This document shows positions 50,655-62,221 of a stretch of 64,000 nt of DNA, piece by piece. Each line of letters opens with the position of its first letter. Position 1 is the stretch's first letter. The notes under the pieces are model-generated. The model was not told the DNA's origin. It searched no databases and worked only from the letters and a program-made list of their open reading frames with translations. The position numbers and the translations under genes were made by a program. Source of the DNA: Ramazzottius varieornatus (Eukaryota; Animalia; Tardigrada); NCBI GenBank assembly GCA_001949185.1, contig BDGG01000004.1:2505620-2569619 (forward strand). Direction: 5' to 3'.

Positions 50655-53600
50655 TTAATAACAGTGGGACATTTCCAGTCGCATCAGTTCGTTTAGCCTG
50701 GCTACTCGACTGCGGAGTTTCGCCAGCGAGCTGGCTTCTTCGGCGATCAGATGGGCAACCCGAGTTTGCAGTTCGTCGATGCCCTTTTCGACGTGTTCCA
50801 CCTTATCCACAAACGTCTGCTGTCGGTATTCTGCCAGTGCTGCTGCCTGCTCGTCCAGTAAATGATCCTTCATAAGCATCTGTTTACCGCGGTTCAACAT
50901 TTTTCTCTTTGCTTCCGGATACTCCTTTAGGGCTTCCCATAGAGCACCTTTTGAAAGCTGAAAGAGGTCGCTGTATCCGACTGAGCGAACGTTGGCGGTA
51001 CGTCGGTTTCCGGAGCGAATTCCTTGGATGTTTAGGATGGAAATTTCACCAAAGATGGAGCCTTCGCCAAGGGTAGCGAATACCGTTACACCGTCATCTG
51101 CAACGACCTGAAAAAAACACAAAGCTCTCGCAACTGTCTGGTTGACCGATGTCGCGTGAAGGTGTTTCATCCATACCTCCAGCTTTCCTCGTTTAACAAT
51201 GTACATTTCTTTCCCAATGTCGCCTTTCCGGCATATGTAGTCTCCAGGTGAATAGATCTTTCAAACGAGCCGGTATTACGTTCGATCAGCATACTAAAAG
51301 ACAAGTCGCATGCCGAACCTCCAGTTTTAGCTTCAGCACAAGATCGGCCAGCAGTCCAGACTCGACACCTTGGAAAATGCGAACTTGCATCAACGTGTCT
51401 AGATGGACCCGGGTCGCTAGTTCGGCTTCCAGCTTGTCCGGTAGACATCGGAGAGCTTCAGCTGGAATGAAACCAAACATCAGTAAGAACCCAGACGTGA
51501 CTTTCGCCCAGCCCGAACTGTGTGCGCTAGCATCGACTACCGTCTACTGTACCTTCGTCGACAAATCTCGCATTCATCCACTGATATTCGAAGTAACTGA
51601 CGATTCTCTCTTGCAATTCTCCGTCGATCTATTCGGCAGAAATGCCAGTTAAGCTTGATTTCGAAGGAGAGTAGTACAGCTTACCTTGCGTAAATTACAA
51701 TAGTTTCTCACGTTGTCCATTCGATATCTATGGGGGGAAACCGAGCTGGGACTAACGAAGAATGCCAAGAAGTGTGGCCGTACCTGAAGTTATCCATCTT
51801 CATATTCATGTTTGCGATGGTTCGAGATACGTTTCCCACAATGTTGGCGAAGATGAGAATCTGTCACAAAAAGGTCCATGATGATTCGTAGGACGTAAGC
51901 TGAATAGGTTCCGTTGCTTACACCGACAAGGAAGTTCAGCGTGACGAACAGAAACTCGGCCTCTTGCTCGGGCTGTTTGATCTGACCTAAGGTCCACAAA
52001 AAGACAAGCGTTGCACATATCGACGACCCCTTTTCGTTGTTCTTTCAAAATGAGCATTGTTGATGCGCAGAGCCAGTGCGTCGCCGACTAAGCATACCTA
52101 TCAGCGTCAGGGTTTGCATGGACCTGAAACAAAAAGCATCTCGAATGCATTATATTGTATTGCACGGCGAAGTGCGATCACATACCAGAGAAACGACCAC
52201 AGGTATTTCTGACCCAAAGTATCGTTGACGTTCGTCATGGGAAGATCAGAGACAGAGTCGTTCGGTAGAACATTGATGCGCCATGAGGCTACAGAAATAC
52301 AACGCCAGGTTCCGATACGCGCCTGCTTTATGGCTCTCCAAGACTCTAACCACCGCCAGTGGGCCGCCAGGCCGGCTTACCTTCGCCAGGATACACCCAT
52401 CCATCCGAGTTCAATCCTGCCATCTCACTGATGTAATAGTACAGGCAAGCGTTCAAATGGATCATTCCGACGAAGCTAAGGACCTGGAATAGATGACAAT
52501 GGTGCTGACATATATCAGATAAGACCAGCTTCAGATGGGCGTATACCTACCAGGTAAAGCATACGCGCGAAATCGGGATAAACGGTTCTTGATTCCAAAA
52601 GGCTGTAAAACTGGTTGAACCGATGATACTTGAGAACTCGATTGATTCGAACAATCATGTACGGAACCGAAATGCCCGTGAATGGCAAAACCAAGTCGGT
52701 CGGGAAGAGACTCAGCAGGTCGAGCTTGCTTTGGCTGCTGCGGAAGTATCGACGCATCAACTTCCGTGGTTCCTGAACCGGAATTCCATCCTCCAGGTAC
52801 CCACAGAACATACCCATGACGATGTCGACCAAGTACATGAAGTCGCTACAACCAAACATTATTATATCTAGTGGAGAAAACTATCAGGAAACAATAAGCA
52901 CAAGTCCGTACCATACGTAGTCCAAGACAAAGAACACCGTCCGGAAAGCGCCGTGGTTCAGCTCTTCGAAGACAGCTCGTGGTACCTACAACCGAAGAGG
53001 ACGTAAGACTGACCTTATTGATTTGATGCTATTCTCGATCTGTTAAATACGCAACGGAAGGACTCACCACCATCGTTGTGTTGTAAACAATGGCCAGCGA
53101 GAGCAAGCCAAGCCAGTAGAAGTAAAAATCCCCAGCAGCGTCCACCACCCATTCCTTTCGGAACCTGCGGGGCAAAGGCCACGTGTTCGTCAGCATATCA
53201 ACGAGCAGTATCTATAGGCCTAGCTGTGGGAGAGCAGTTTCGGAAGCATCGAGGAAGAGCTCACCGGAAGTGCCACAGCTGCATGGGGTCTACGGTCAGG
53301 TCGATCTGCGGCTGAGGGATCGTCACTGTGATATGCTGCGTGGCGAAGGAAGCTGAGTCTCTTCGGATCTGGGAGCCGAACGGTGATGCGTCAGAATTGG
53401 TTCGTGACTTCATTCCACCTACAGCCTTTAGACACAAAGACAGACCGAAAAGTTTGACCGAAAAACCGAATTTTTAACAACGCTCTTCGGGATGTACTTG
53501 TAGAGTGTTGCGGATGCGACGGAACACGGTGCGCAGACGGCTTCTGGCTTGCGATCCACCAGTCATCCTATCATCTTCCACTGTCATCCCAGGAACGATC

Positions 53601-53746
53601 AGACTAGGTCGAGGTTCGGACGCTTCTTCTTGATCTGGATCGAGACGGGAACGTCTTGATATGGGCTGGCGGAAAAATTCCTCTTGAGCGGACACGCTTC
53701 GGGCGTTCATATGCATTTCCGTCATACGAGCAGTCTGCTTGTCCAT
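50655..53746 (-). CDS. CNGA: Cyclic-nucleotide-gated channel, alpha-type subunit
   Basis: S2-S4: [33 protein letters not shown]. Pore/S6: [33 protein letters not shown]: [25 protein letters not shown]-terminal leucine zipper. Confidence 0.93.
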
Positions 53747-54479
53747 CTAGAAATCAATAGTGAAAATTATCAAGAAACTCGCAGCTTTCACATATCCATA
53801 GCGAGAAGGGATACGAAGCGGAGAACACAAACAGGTCTGGCTCTGAAGCGTTGTTGTAATGTGAACTGATCCGGTGGACTGTTCTGGTGCATTTCCGTGA
53901 CAGGGGTATGATGATGGGAGCTGTTCGTGTCCATAATGAATGAAATCCAGTGTAGGGTCCCGCTGCGCTAAATTATAAGGCGTGCTCCTCACAAGGGGGA
54001 CACAAAAGCTGTCGGAATTCTTCAGCATCGACTTTAACGCACCGCATCAAGTTACTCCAAGACTTGCGAGGCCTTCAAGCCACCTGATCAGTTCCTCGTT
54101 GGATCAATATAATCAAGGTGGAAAACCTACTCGAGCCCACAGACAGTACCACGGAGACAGGCACCAATGAGTGCGTAGGGAATACTAGGGATGTGCCGCT
54201 GTGGTACGCTGAACGGAACATAAAAATCAATAAAAAATCGGTAATTGGACTGTAGAATTTAATTTATCAGCAGGTTCGGTTTTTCGTCAAGTATTGCTGG
54301 AAAATTTAACGGAAGAGTAACAGCTGTACGATTAGAAAATGTATAAATAAAGATAACATTGGCATCCTGAATCAGAAAGATCGTGCGCTTGTATGCACTG
54401 CATTGTAGTAAAAACTGAATTATTTTATCACTTACAAATCAATCACCAACAAGGTTCACCTTCGCTGGAGTGAACTTAA

Positions 54480-56853
54480 TCAACCGTCAATAACAGAAAT
54501 CGCGAACTGCGATATGTCCAGAGGTGCATCGTGGAATCTGCTGATGAACGGGTGCTTCAACAGGTCCACGTATTTTGGTCGTTCTTCCGCTTTCTTCTTG
54601 CAGCTGAAAGTTAAAGCTCTATAAGTCTATTAGTAACGACGTCTCACCTATCATACTATTAAAACATCATGCTGAATAACGAAAACATACCAGAGACTGA
54701 TGAAATCTCGAAATTCGTCAGTAAACCCCTCCGCCGGAAGAGAAGGAGCAGGCTGAGGAGTAGGAAACCCACGAATAGAATTTTCGTGAGAATATTGTGA
54801 ACGTATGCTTACCCCGCCAACCACTTGTTGCATCTGCTGGAAAGGATTCTTCCATGTCTTGTAGGGATGAGTGCCCGTCGCCACCTCAATCTGCGATGAA
54901 TGTAAAGCTAGCATTCTGGCTCCGACTATTAAAGCCAAGAACCCACTACAGTCCAGTCGCTCGAGATGTGTACATCGCACTTCGATTTCAAAACTGCAAA
55001 ATCACAGTGAGCACAAGACTGCTCGCCATAGCCCTTATTGATTGATTGTTTGTTCATTCACGCAACAAAGGCAGCCTGTTGCACAGAAAACATGTAGCTG
55101 ATCTTTGCTCAAATTTATTGGCCGTAGCCTCTTAACGTCACTTTCTTTTGTTTTTTTTCAAGCTATATGGTAAATGTTTGGCTGGTGGCAAGTTAAAATC
55201 GAAGTGCCATGTACACATCTCGAGCGACTGGACTGTACTTCCTCATTCCTACCAGTGAAATGCCCACGCTCCAAACGTCCGAACGAATATCAAACCCGGC
55301 CGAATCCTCAGAGCTTGGAGCCACCTACCACATCACGTCTGCTAACACCATAATCAAAAAAGCAGAACAAGCAACTGCTCTCTCGCTCTGCAGAACCGTC
55401 GACTCACCCTTTCCGGCTGCAAGAAAATATCGTCATTACGGTTATCGTTATTAGTGTTTCCATTCGAGGAATGTATGACAGCGAGGCGTCTTACCGACAT
55501 GTACAAGGAACATCCAACGTTGCGAGTTTTGGCCAAAGACTGGACCAGCTGTCCGCTAATCCCGAAATCACAAAGCTTCACTTCGCCCTTTCGCGAGAGA
55601 AGAACGTTGCTGCAACAGTGACAGACTCATCGGTAAGGTATGGTGAAACTCATTAAATGAGAAAAAACCCATCACTTCTGTTTTACCTAGGCTTTACATC
55701 GCGATGCATGATGTTCAGCTGCTCCTTTAGAAACTGCAAGCCGCTAACAATCTGCAAATTACCCAATGGACCCGGTTGAAACTACAGAATTGCACTGGAC
55801 CGGGTGCATTGAGCGTTTACCGCAAAGGTGATAAACCCAAGAACTTCATCCGGAAAAGTGCGTCCTTGTGCGAAGAGCTTTTTGTAGAATTGCTCTGTAA
55901 AGCACTCTGTTCACTTCCGGGTACAGAAGTTTCGAGACTCGTTCACTTGTGCATACCCAATGATATGTCCATCACCTCCATACATATCCACAAGTCTCCC
56001 TGCATCAAAATCGTCATGAACCACTCTACGTCGAGTATATCAGATGACTGGGTTCACCTCACAGAACAGGGCACCGTATGAGCGAACAACGTAAGGGCAT
56101 TTTCCGCAGCTCATCTGATTCACCTAGAACGAAATACCGTTCTACAGCTAAGACCCGTTAACTAACTTATTTTGCTTACGTTCAAATCCATCAACATTCG
56201 TTTCCGCTCTTCTGGATCGTCGGTGGAACGAATTCTCTGCAACAGACAATGTCCATACTTAACAACATCTTCGAAAGCTGGTCAGTGTGTCACAAAACTT
56301 CCACATATTGGAACGCTGAAACACAGACAAACCGCACCACCAATGGAACATCAATCGAAGTGACGCATTCCATAATTTCACAAGCCCACAGAATGCGCCA
56401 CATCGAAATGATTAGTCTGCCAGGCGTAATACCAATTTCATCGCCGTGACCAGAACTCACATACCTTGACGGCAAACTCAAATCCACTCTCTTTATGTCG
56501 AACCCTGTCCACTTGACCGTACTGACCACGTCCGAGCGATCCTAGTTGTTCCAAGTCGGCAGCTGAAACCTGATAGGGAGTGTCCCTGGTATCAAACATC
56601 ATAGCTGCTCGAGAGTCCAGATCAGGATGGGGCACCGCACTAAAAACCACAGCACCACAATCACCAGTCTACTTCGACCAACTCGGATAGCGTGGCTTAC
56701 TGATCGGCAGATGGTGTACGAGCTTGTTGAGAAATCTTTGCGATGACTGGCCGGGGCTTTCTGCCTGGACCGACTAGAAACAGCAACAAATACTCCAGCA
56801 CAAAGTCAAGTTAAAAAGACAAGCTTCTGGCAATAGGATCGCTTACGCGACAT
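54480..56853 (-). CDS. MAP2K6: MAP kinase kinase of the MKK3/6 (SEK-1/licorne) type
   Basis: D-domain RKPRPVI; PHPDLDSRA; LGRGQYGQV..FAVK; HRDVKPSN; DFGISGQLVQSLAKT; DIRSDVWSVGISL; HPYKTWKNPFQQMQQVV. The activation loop also has MKK4-like features. Confidence 0.88.
54949..55235. mobile_element. 287-bp Tc1/mariner-type MITE inside an MKK3/6 intron
   Basis: 40-bp TIRs, 39/40 matched, begin CAGTCCAGTCGCTCGAGATGTGTACAT. TA target duplication at 54947-48 and 55236-37. Confidence 0.92.
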
Positions 56854-58170
56854 CGTGCTCGGGGAAAGTTGGATCAGTCAACGGATAGACCGAAGGCAGT
56901 CGAAGGTCCGGAATTACGGTGCGAAGTTAACTGAAAGTAGACTGAAGACACAATCAACGGAGTCTCTCAAACCCAGTGTCCACACAGAGTAGAGGTCTCT
57001 TGCAGTGCAGTCGGAGCCTCAGCCGAGTAACGATACTTGATCAGAAACCTGGAAAACAATAGCAAGTCCCAACGGAAGTTGGAAAGCATAGGAATGTGGA
57101 AGTTGGGAGTTAGGGAAGAGAGGCTATACCGTTGACGTCGGCGCATGTTATGTTATGCGTGATAGTGACAGTACAACCTGACAAGAATGCTCGTGGTACG
57201 AACAATCAGATTTCTCCCAAAAGTTTCTCCCATCCAGCCTCCTCCGTGATCGAGACCGTCATTTGTTCTTGACATCACATTATAGTAAATAAAAAGAGAA
57301 ATTCTTTACACGTATGTTTTAGCACGGGCGCTTGGTACTACGCTGCATTCTACCTTTTGATTCTGGTTACAGAAAGACGAGAATAACCTTCGGTCAGCGA
57401 AGGCTATATAAAGCCGGTTCTCTCAAAAGAGCAGTGGAAATGGTCTGGGGTCTGTCTGCTGTTTCAGATGCTTAGCCTTTGTGATAAGGAAGCCAGGGCG
57501 CATTTAGCAGGTCAGAATTTCCGCTCGTTTGAGCTAGTTTGGGTGTATTTGTAGGCAGGCGCATTTTCCCACTAACTCGGTAGCCATCCCTTGATTGAGA
57601 GATTGGAGGAGCTTCAGGTGGGCAGTGTTTTCTACTACAGTCGTGTAAACTTAGCCCAGCCATTTCTAGGAACTCGCTCGGCCTGTTGCTGACTGCGTTT
57701 CCTTTTTGCTTCTTCCAGAATTATGAATGAAATCTCGTCCTGAGTTCCGACCCTCGTACTTTAACGAACTCCGCCTCCAGCTCCTGACAGGGGATAGGTC
57801 GAATTTACGTGGTTGCCGTAGCTGTGGACCCGGAAGTAGTTTATTGGATCTTGACAGAAAAGGTTACCCGACAGCGAGCGGACAACTTTCGTAAGCACTG
57901 CACAACGAGGAATAACTAATTTTTTTGCTAATAAACAGTAAAACGTTGGAGGAGAACAGAGAGATTTAGACGCTGGGTTCTGGAATGAGTACGTCAGGGA
58001 GCTCTACATGAAACTAGATTTGACCATGGGCTCCGGAGCAACACTGAATTAGAACAAACTGACTACACGTGTAAAGATCATAGAAAGTATGGCTTTAGGA
58101 TTACCGGTTACCGTTCACAATAAGGAAAACATCATTTTACGCATGCAGGGCTAGCGAAGCCAACAAACAC

Positions 58171-60849
58171 TCAAGCTGTGCGAAGATTTGTCAAAATGGT
58201 CATGGCGTTGTACAGGTGATCCACTTGCGCCTTCAAAGTTCGGAATCGATACAAAAGTTTTTCCGCAGTGTCCAGCACATCGATGGTTTGTGTGTCTGTG
58301 TTGTAGTGCACGGCAAACGGTCGTTTCATGGTGGCAGTATACTGCCTGCAAATTTAACAGAAACTGAACGTTACAAGTATCGAACAAGTAAAGAGGGGAA
58401 GGGACAAAAATCACAATCTAAAAACTAGCGTATCATACCGGAATTTGATCTTGGCGTCTTCGAAGCTGTCGGCAACGAAGTACACGCTTTGGTAATTTTG
58501 ATCTTGGTAGGGCTCTACTGCCGTAGAGAAAGGTTCGAAAGGTCGCCGCTCTGCAATCAAGATAGTTAGATCTCGTCGGTTCGGTAAATATCATTTATTG
58601 CCGAACGAATGCCTACCGGGAACGTCAGACAAAGCATGTTCAAGTTCACCATACGATGACAGCAAGCCGGCTCCATAAGCCTTTATTCCATCTGGCTCTT
58701 TGCATAGTCCGAACTCAACCGTGAACCAATACAACTACAACCCGAGGATTCGTGACATTTACCGGCTTCCGCAAAGAAGATCATATCGAGAAAAATCGAA
58801 GAATTTGTGGAACTCGTACCGTCGACAGCTTAGTTATCTCATCGTCCGACACGCCCAACGAAGCTAGACCAATTTCTTGAGAAAACTCAGCGAACTCTGG
58901 GTCGGCCAGTAGTGGCACATGTCCTAGTAACTCATGAACGCAGTCCCTGAAAATACTGATTTTAGTTAACCCCATAAACTTTTATCGAGTGAGATATCTC
59001 GACAACATACGGTTCAGGCGAGTGCATCGGTTTGGAGGCGTGTCTCGTGTACTGCGTGCATTGGAAGACCCGGAACGCCAGCGAAGACAGAAAGTCGCGA
59101 GCCGACAGAAGACCAGCACATGGTCCTACAAAACAAGAAGGGCGAACTGACGTTTCGGCCACCAGCCAAGGCTGCTCAGAACTGGCGACTTCCTCGCAAT
59201 ACGGCGCACTTACGTAAAGTGAAGCCGGATCGATCTAAGACAAGTATTGCCGTGTTAGCAGAGAACGAACTGGTCACTCGAAACCCGGGTGCAGATCTAA
59301 AACTTACTGCGCATGAATTTGGAGACATCCTGAAGTTGTGGAATGAAGTTTTCAGAGTAGACGCCTTCTTTCTCCAAAAGAGCAAATACGTCGCGATAGG
59401 TCTTGCATGTGTGGGTCGGATGGAGCTTCTTCAGTTGCCGATAGATCACCTTCCACACTTCCACCTCTTCTGGCGCGTATTCGACCGCAGGGATTGGGTC
59501 GCCCCTGAAGCGAACGAATATTGTTTAACTTCTGGCAATCTTCAGCGAACGCTTTTCGACGTACGAGATACAGAATTATAAATAATATGACATGGTATGT
59601 TTCGTAAACGGCAACACTGTTGACTTACTGGCGGTAAGTGAATGCTACATCGGCAATCTTCTGACGTCGAGCACGATAGGCTTGATCTGACCATCCCTAA
59701 AGGGAAATCGGGAAAAAATACAGTTCATCAGTGTACGTGGGAGGCGACATTGTCTGACGAAGGGCTTGATTACCGGATGGTCATGGTCCAGCTCAGGCTC
59801 ATACTTTGTCATGAGATGATTACAGTTATCTAAGTCAGTAATGGAACGAGGGAACCATGGGTCCTTGATGGATAGCGGTTGCTCCGAAAGAACGATCAGT
59901 TCCGCCACAAATTCCATGTGTTTAAGCTCCTTCGCGCCCGCTAACAATGACATCAAGCTGCTTTGCACGCTAATAAGGACGTCAAACTCCCGCCCTATCT
60001 TCTTTGCAGCACGCGATTCGATGTGCTGAACTTGCACATTGTTTTTCTGTAGAGACAAAAATCGAGCGTTAGTCCCAGTTTCTGATTACTATAACGAAAC
60101 CCAATCAAACTACCAGCCGGAAGTGATCAATCTGAAAAGCTCCATCAAGGAGAAAATCGACCGTCATTTTCACGTGTCGCCACTGGTCTTCCTCTGACCT
60201 TTCCCATTTAGTTTCTGCCATCTGTGTGCTCTATTCAAACTCGCCAGGTGTCGGAAGTTCGCGTATTTCTATCTTCAATTTTCGTACATATACGGTCGTA
60301 CGTCAGCTCGGAAAACTGTTTCTAGTACTGTTGGAAATTTTAATAGTATGGAGGAGCACGGGTATCTGACCTGAAGGCTGGGCAGGATTTGAGCCAAGCA
60401 CTGTAGTCCCTTTCGAAGAGATACCATCAGAGTACTCGAAAGGACTGTCGACTCCTGGTCCTGTGTGTCCAGATTTTCTTTAGCCCATTCGTTCGCCAGG
60501 ATGAGGTCGCTGTCGTCCTCGTCCAAGGCCGGCAGCTTGTGGTCCTCCCGATGCTTGATCGAGTTGCGACGGTGCTGGCTCAGTATGCGCTCTTCGGCTT
60601 CTTTGTTGACTTCCGCATCGAACTTCGCATCGTCAACCAAGCTCCGGTTCTTCCCGGAATAACCATTCTGTGGGAGACTGGACATGTTACAATACTGGTA
60701 CTATACGTGAAACAGAAACATCGGCAAATCTAGAGCTAGGAGTGAACCACGGAGTAGATTTTAACCATTACCTCAACGCTGTAGGACTTTTTGATGACCA
60801 TCCTAAGCTTAGTGCCAGCGCCATTGACGACGCTTCCCGAGGTCGACAT
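58171..60849 (-). CDS. TH: Tyrosine hydroxylase (cat-2/pale orthologue)
   Basis: Exon 1 [26 protein letters not shown] (60849-60772) joins exon 2 [16 protein letters not shown]; compare the fly motif AIKKSYSIENGYPSRRRSLVDDARF. ACT: HIESR. Catalytic: [19 protein letters not shown], and TH-specific YQDQNYQ. Ends ..LTNLRTA*. Confidence 0.97.
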
Positions 60850-62221
60850 TGCACCGGAAATGGACTAAGTGTCGATCAACAATAACCTTCACTCCTTGTA
60901 AGATGCAGAAGTCAGTAATAACTTTAAAGTGCGCTTTCCTTTGACAGGTTCCTTGCCACAGCAAAAACCTTACTCTGACGAAACCCGGAGAAAGGACAGA
61001 ATGATCGCGGGAAGGTCAAGATGAAACTCTTATACCCCCAAGATCAAGTTGGAAGAGAATGCGCGCCCAGCCTTCTCCTCTTCCTCATCCGCGCAGCCCA
61101 CAGAGAAACTGCTAACGCGACATGGAGTTGTATGTGGATCTACAGTGGCGGAACCTTTATCGGCATCAGTTTCAAGGAAATGCTCAGTAGAAAGGGAACT
61201 TTGTCCTTTGTTGTTTGAATCGATCACTACACGTACGAAGACGCGTACGGTGCGTTCAACATGACGACCGGAAGGACCGGCACTAACACCTTCGGCACTC
61301 TGTCGTTCTTTCGAGTGCTCACCGGATGTCGTTTGGACAACAAAGATCTGTCAAAACTACATCGAAGTACACTTCATTTGGCGAGGATACGGCTTTCTCT
61401 TCAGGGACAGGTTTCGATCGTTAGACCTGACACTTTTGGCCCTGCGTGCATCTACCGACGTGTTTCGCCTGCCGAACCTTACTTCCGCCTCTAACAGGAT
61501 AGTGGACAAAGTAAGTGTAACAGCGACATGAGTACAATGCCATCGCTCTTCATCAGTCGATTGCGCTCGACGGCGTTTCGGGCAGGCTAAGTGAAATATT
61601 GTGTTCCCGTTTGGTGTCACAGTGTGACGTAAGTCAACCTTAGAAAGTCAACAAAGGTGTAATTGAGCGTGACTGAAGAAACTCCGCCATTAGGTCCACA
61701 ACAGACGGTCGCTTGGCCATTGTACACACTCCTGTAACGATGGGATATTCTTGGGACTGCCATTGATCGTTCTTATACCAACAGCACAAACCTCATGCTG
61801 CCGTACTTCCTCGATTCGTCATTAAAACAGCCGAGGAAATCGATATAAAGACTTGCATAAAGGCATCATTCTGAAATGTACTTAGAGGGTCAAACTGAAA
61901 ACCTGGTCAAAAAGTGACCTTATAAGATGTCGTGAAAGCTCGACTAACCTCTAAGCTGCTGCTGGGGCAAAAGCCGCCATTTAGTGCTTAGAAAATTTTT
62001 GAGCCTTGTGTTTCAGAATGTGAAGTGGGTAATTTTCTTCGGGAAACCCTTATGCAAAGTACGGTCGCTCCTGGAGGAGAAAATACACAATAGCACCAAA
62101 CGCGTGTAATGTATAGGAGAATACAGTAGTTCGAGCAAGTTTTGAGAACATCTTTTGGATTTATCCTGAGCAGTGCCATCTATCATAAAGGTGAACAAGG
62201 AACCACACCAATGTTGTTCCT

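Noticed and set aside
56900-58150. Insulin/IGF-like gene downstream of TH, as in vertebrate TH-INS-IGF2
   Set aside because: No signal peptide with B-chain CG..L...C and A-chain CC...C pattern was found by eye here or in the ASC intergenic region. An HMM search would be more sensitive.
60275-60685. ORF-track start MSSLPQ for TH
   Set aside because: MSSLPQ is intronic (acceptor cccacag at 60668). The upstream exon ending KKSYSVE matches known TH N-termini.
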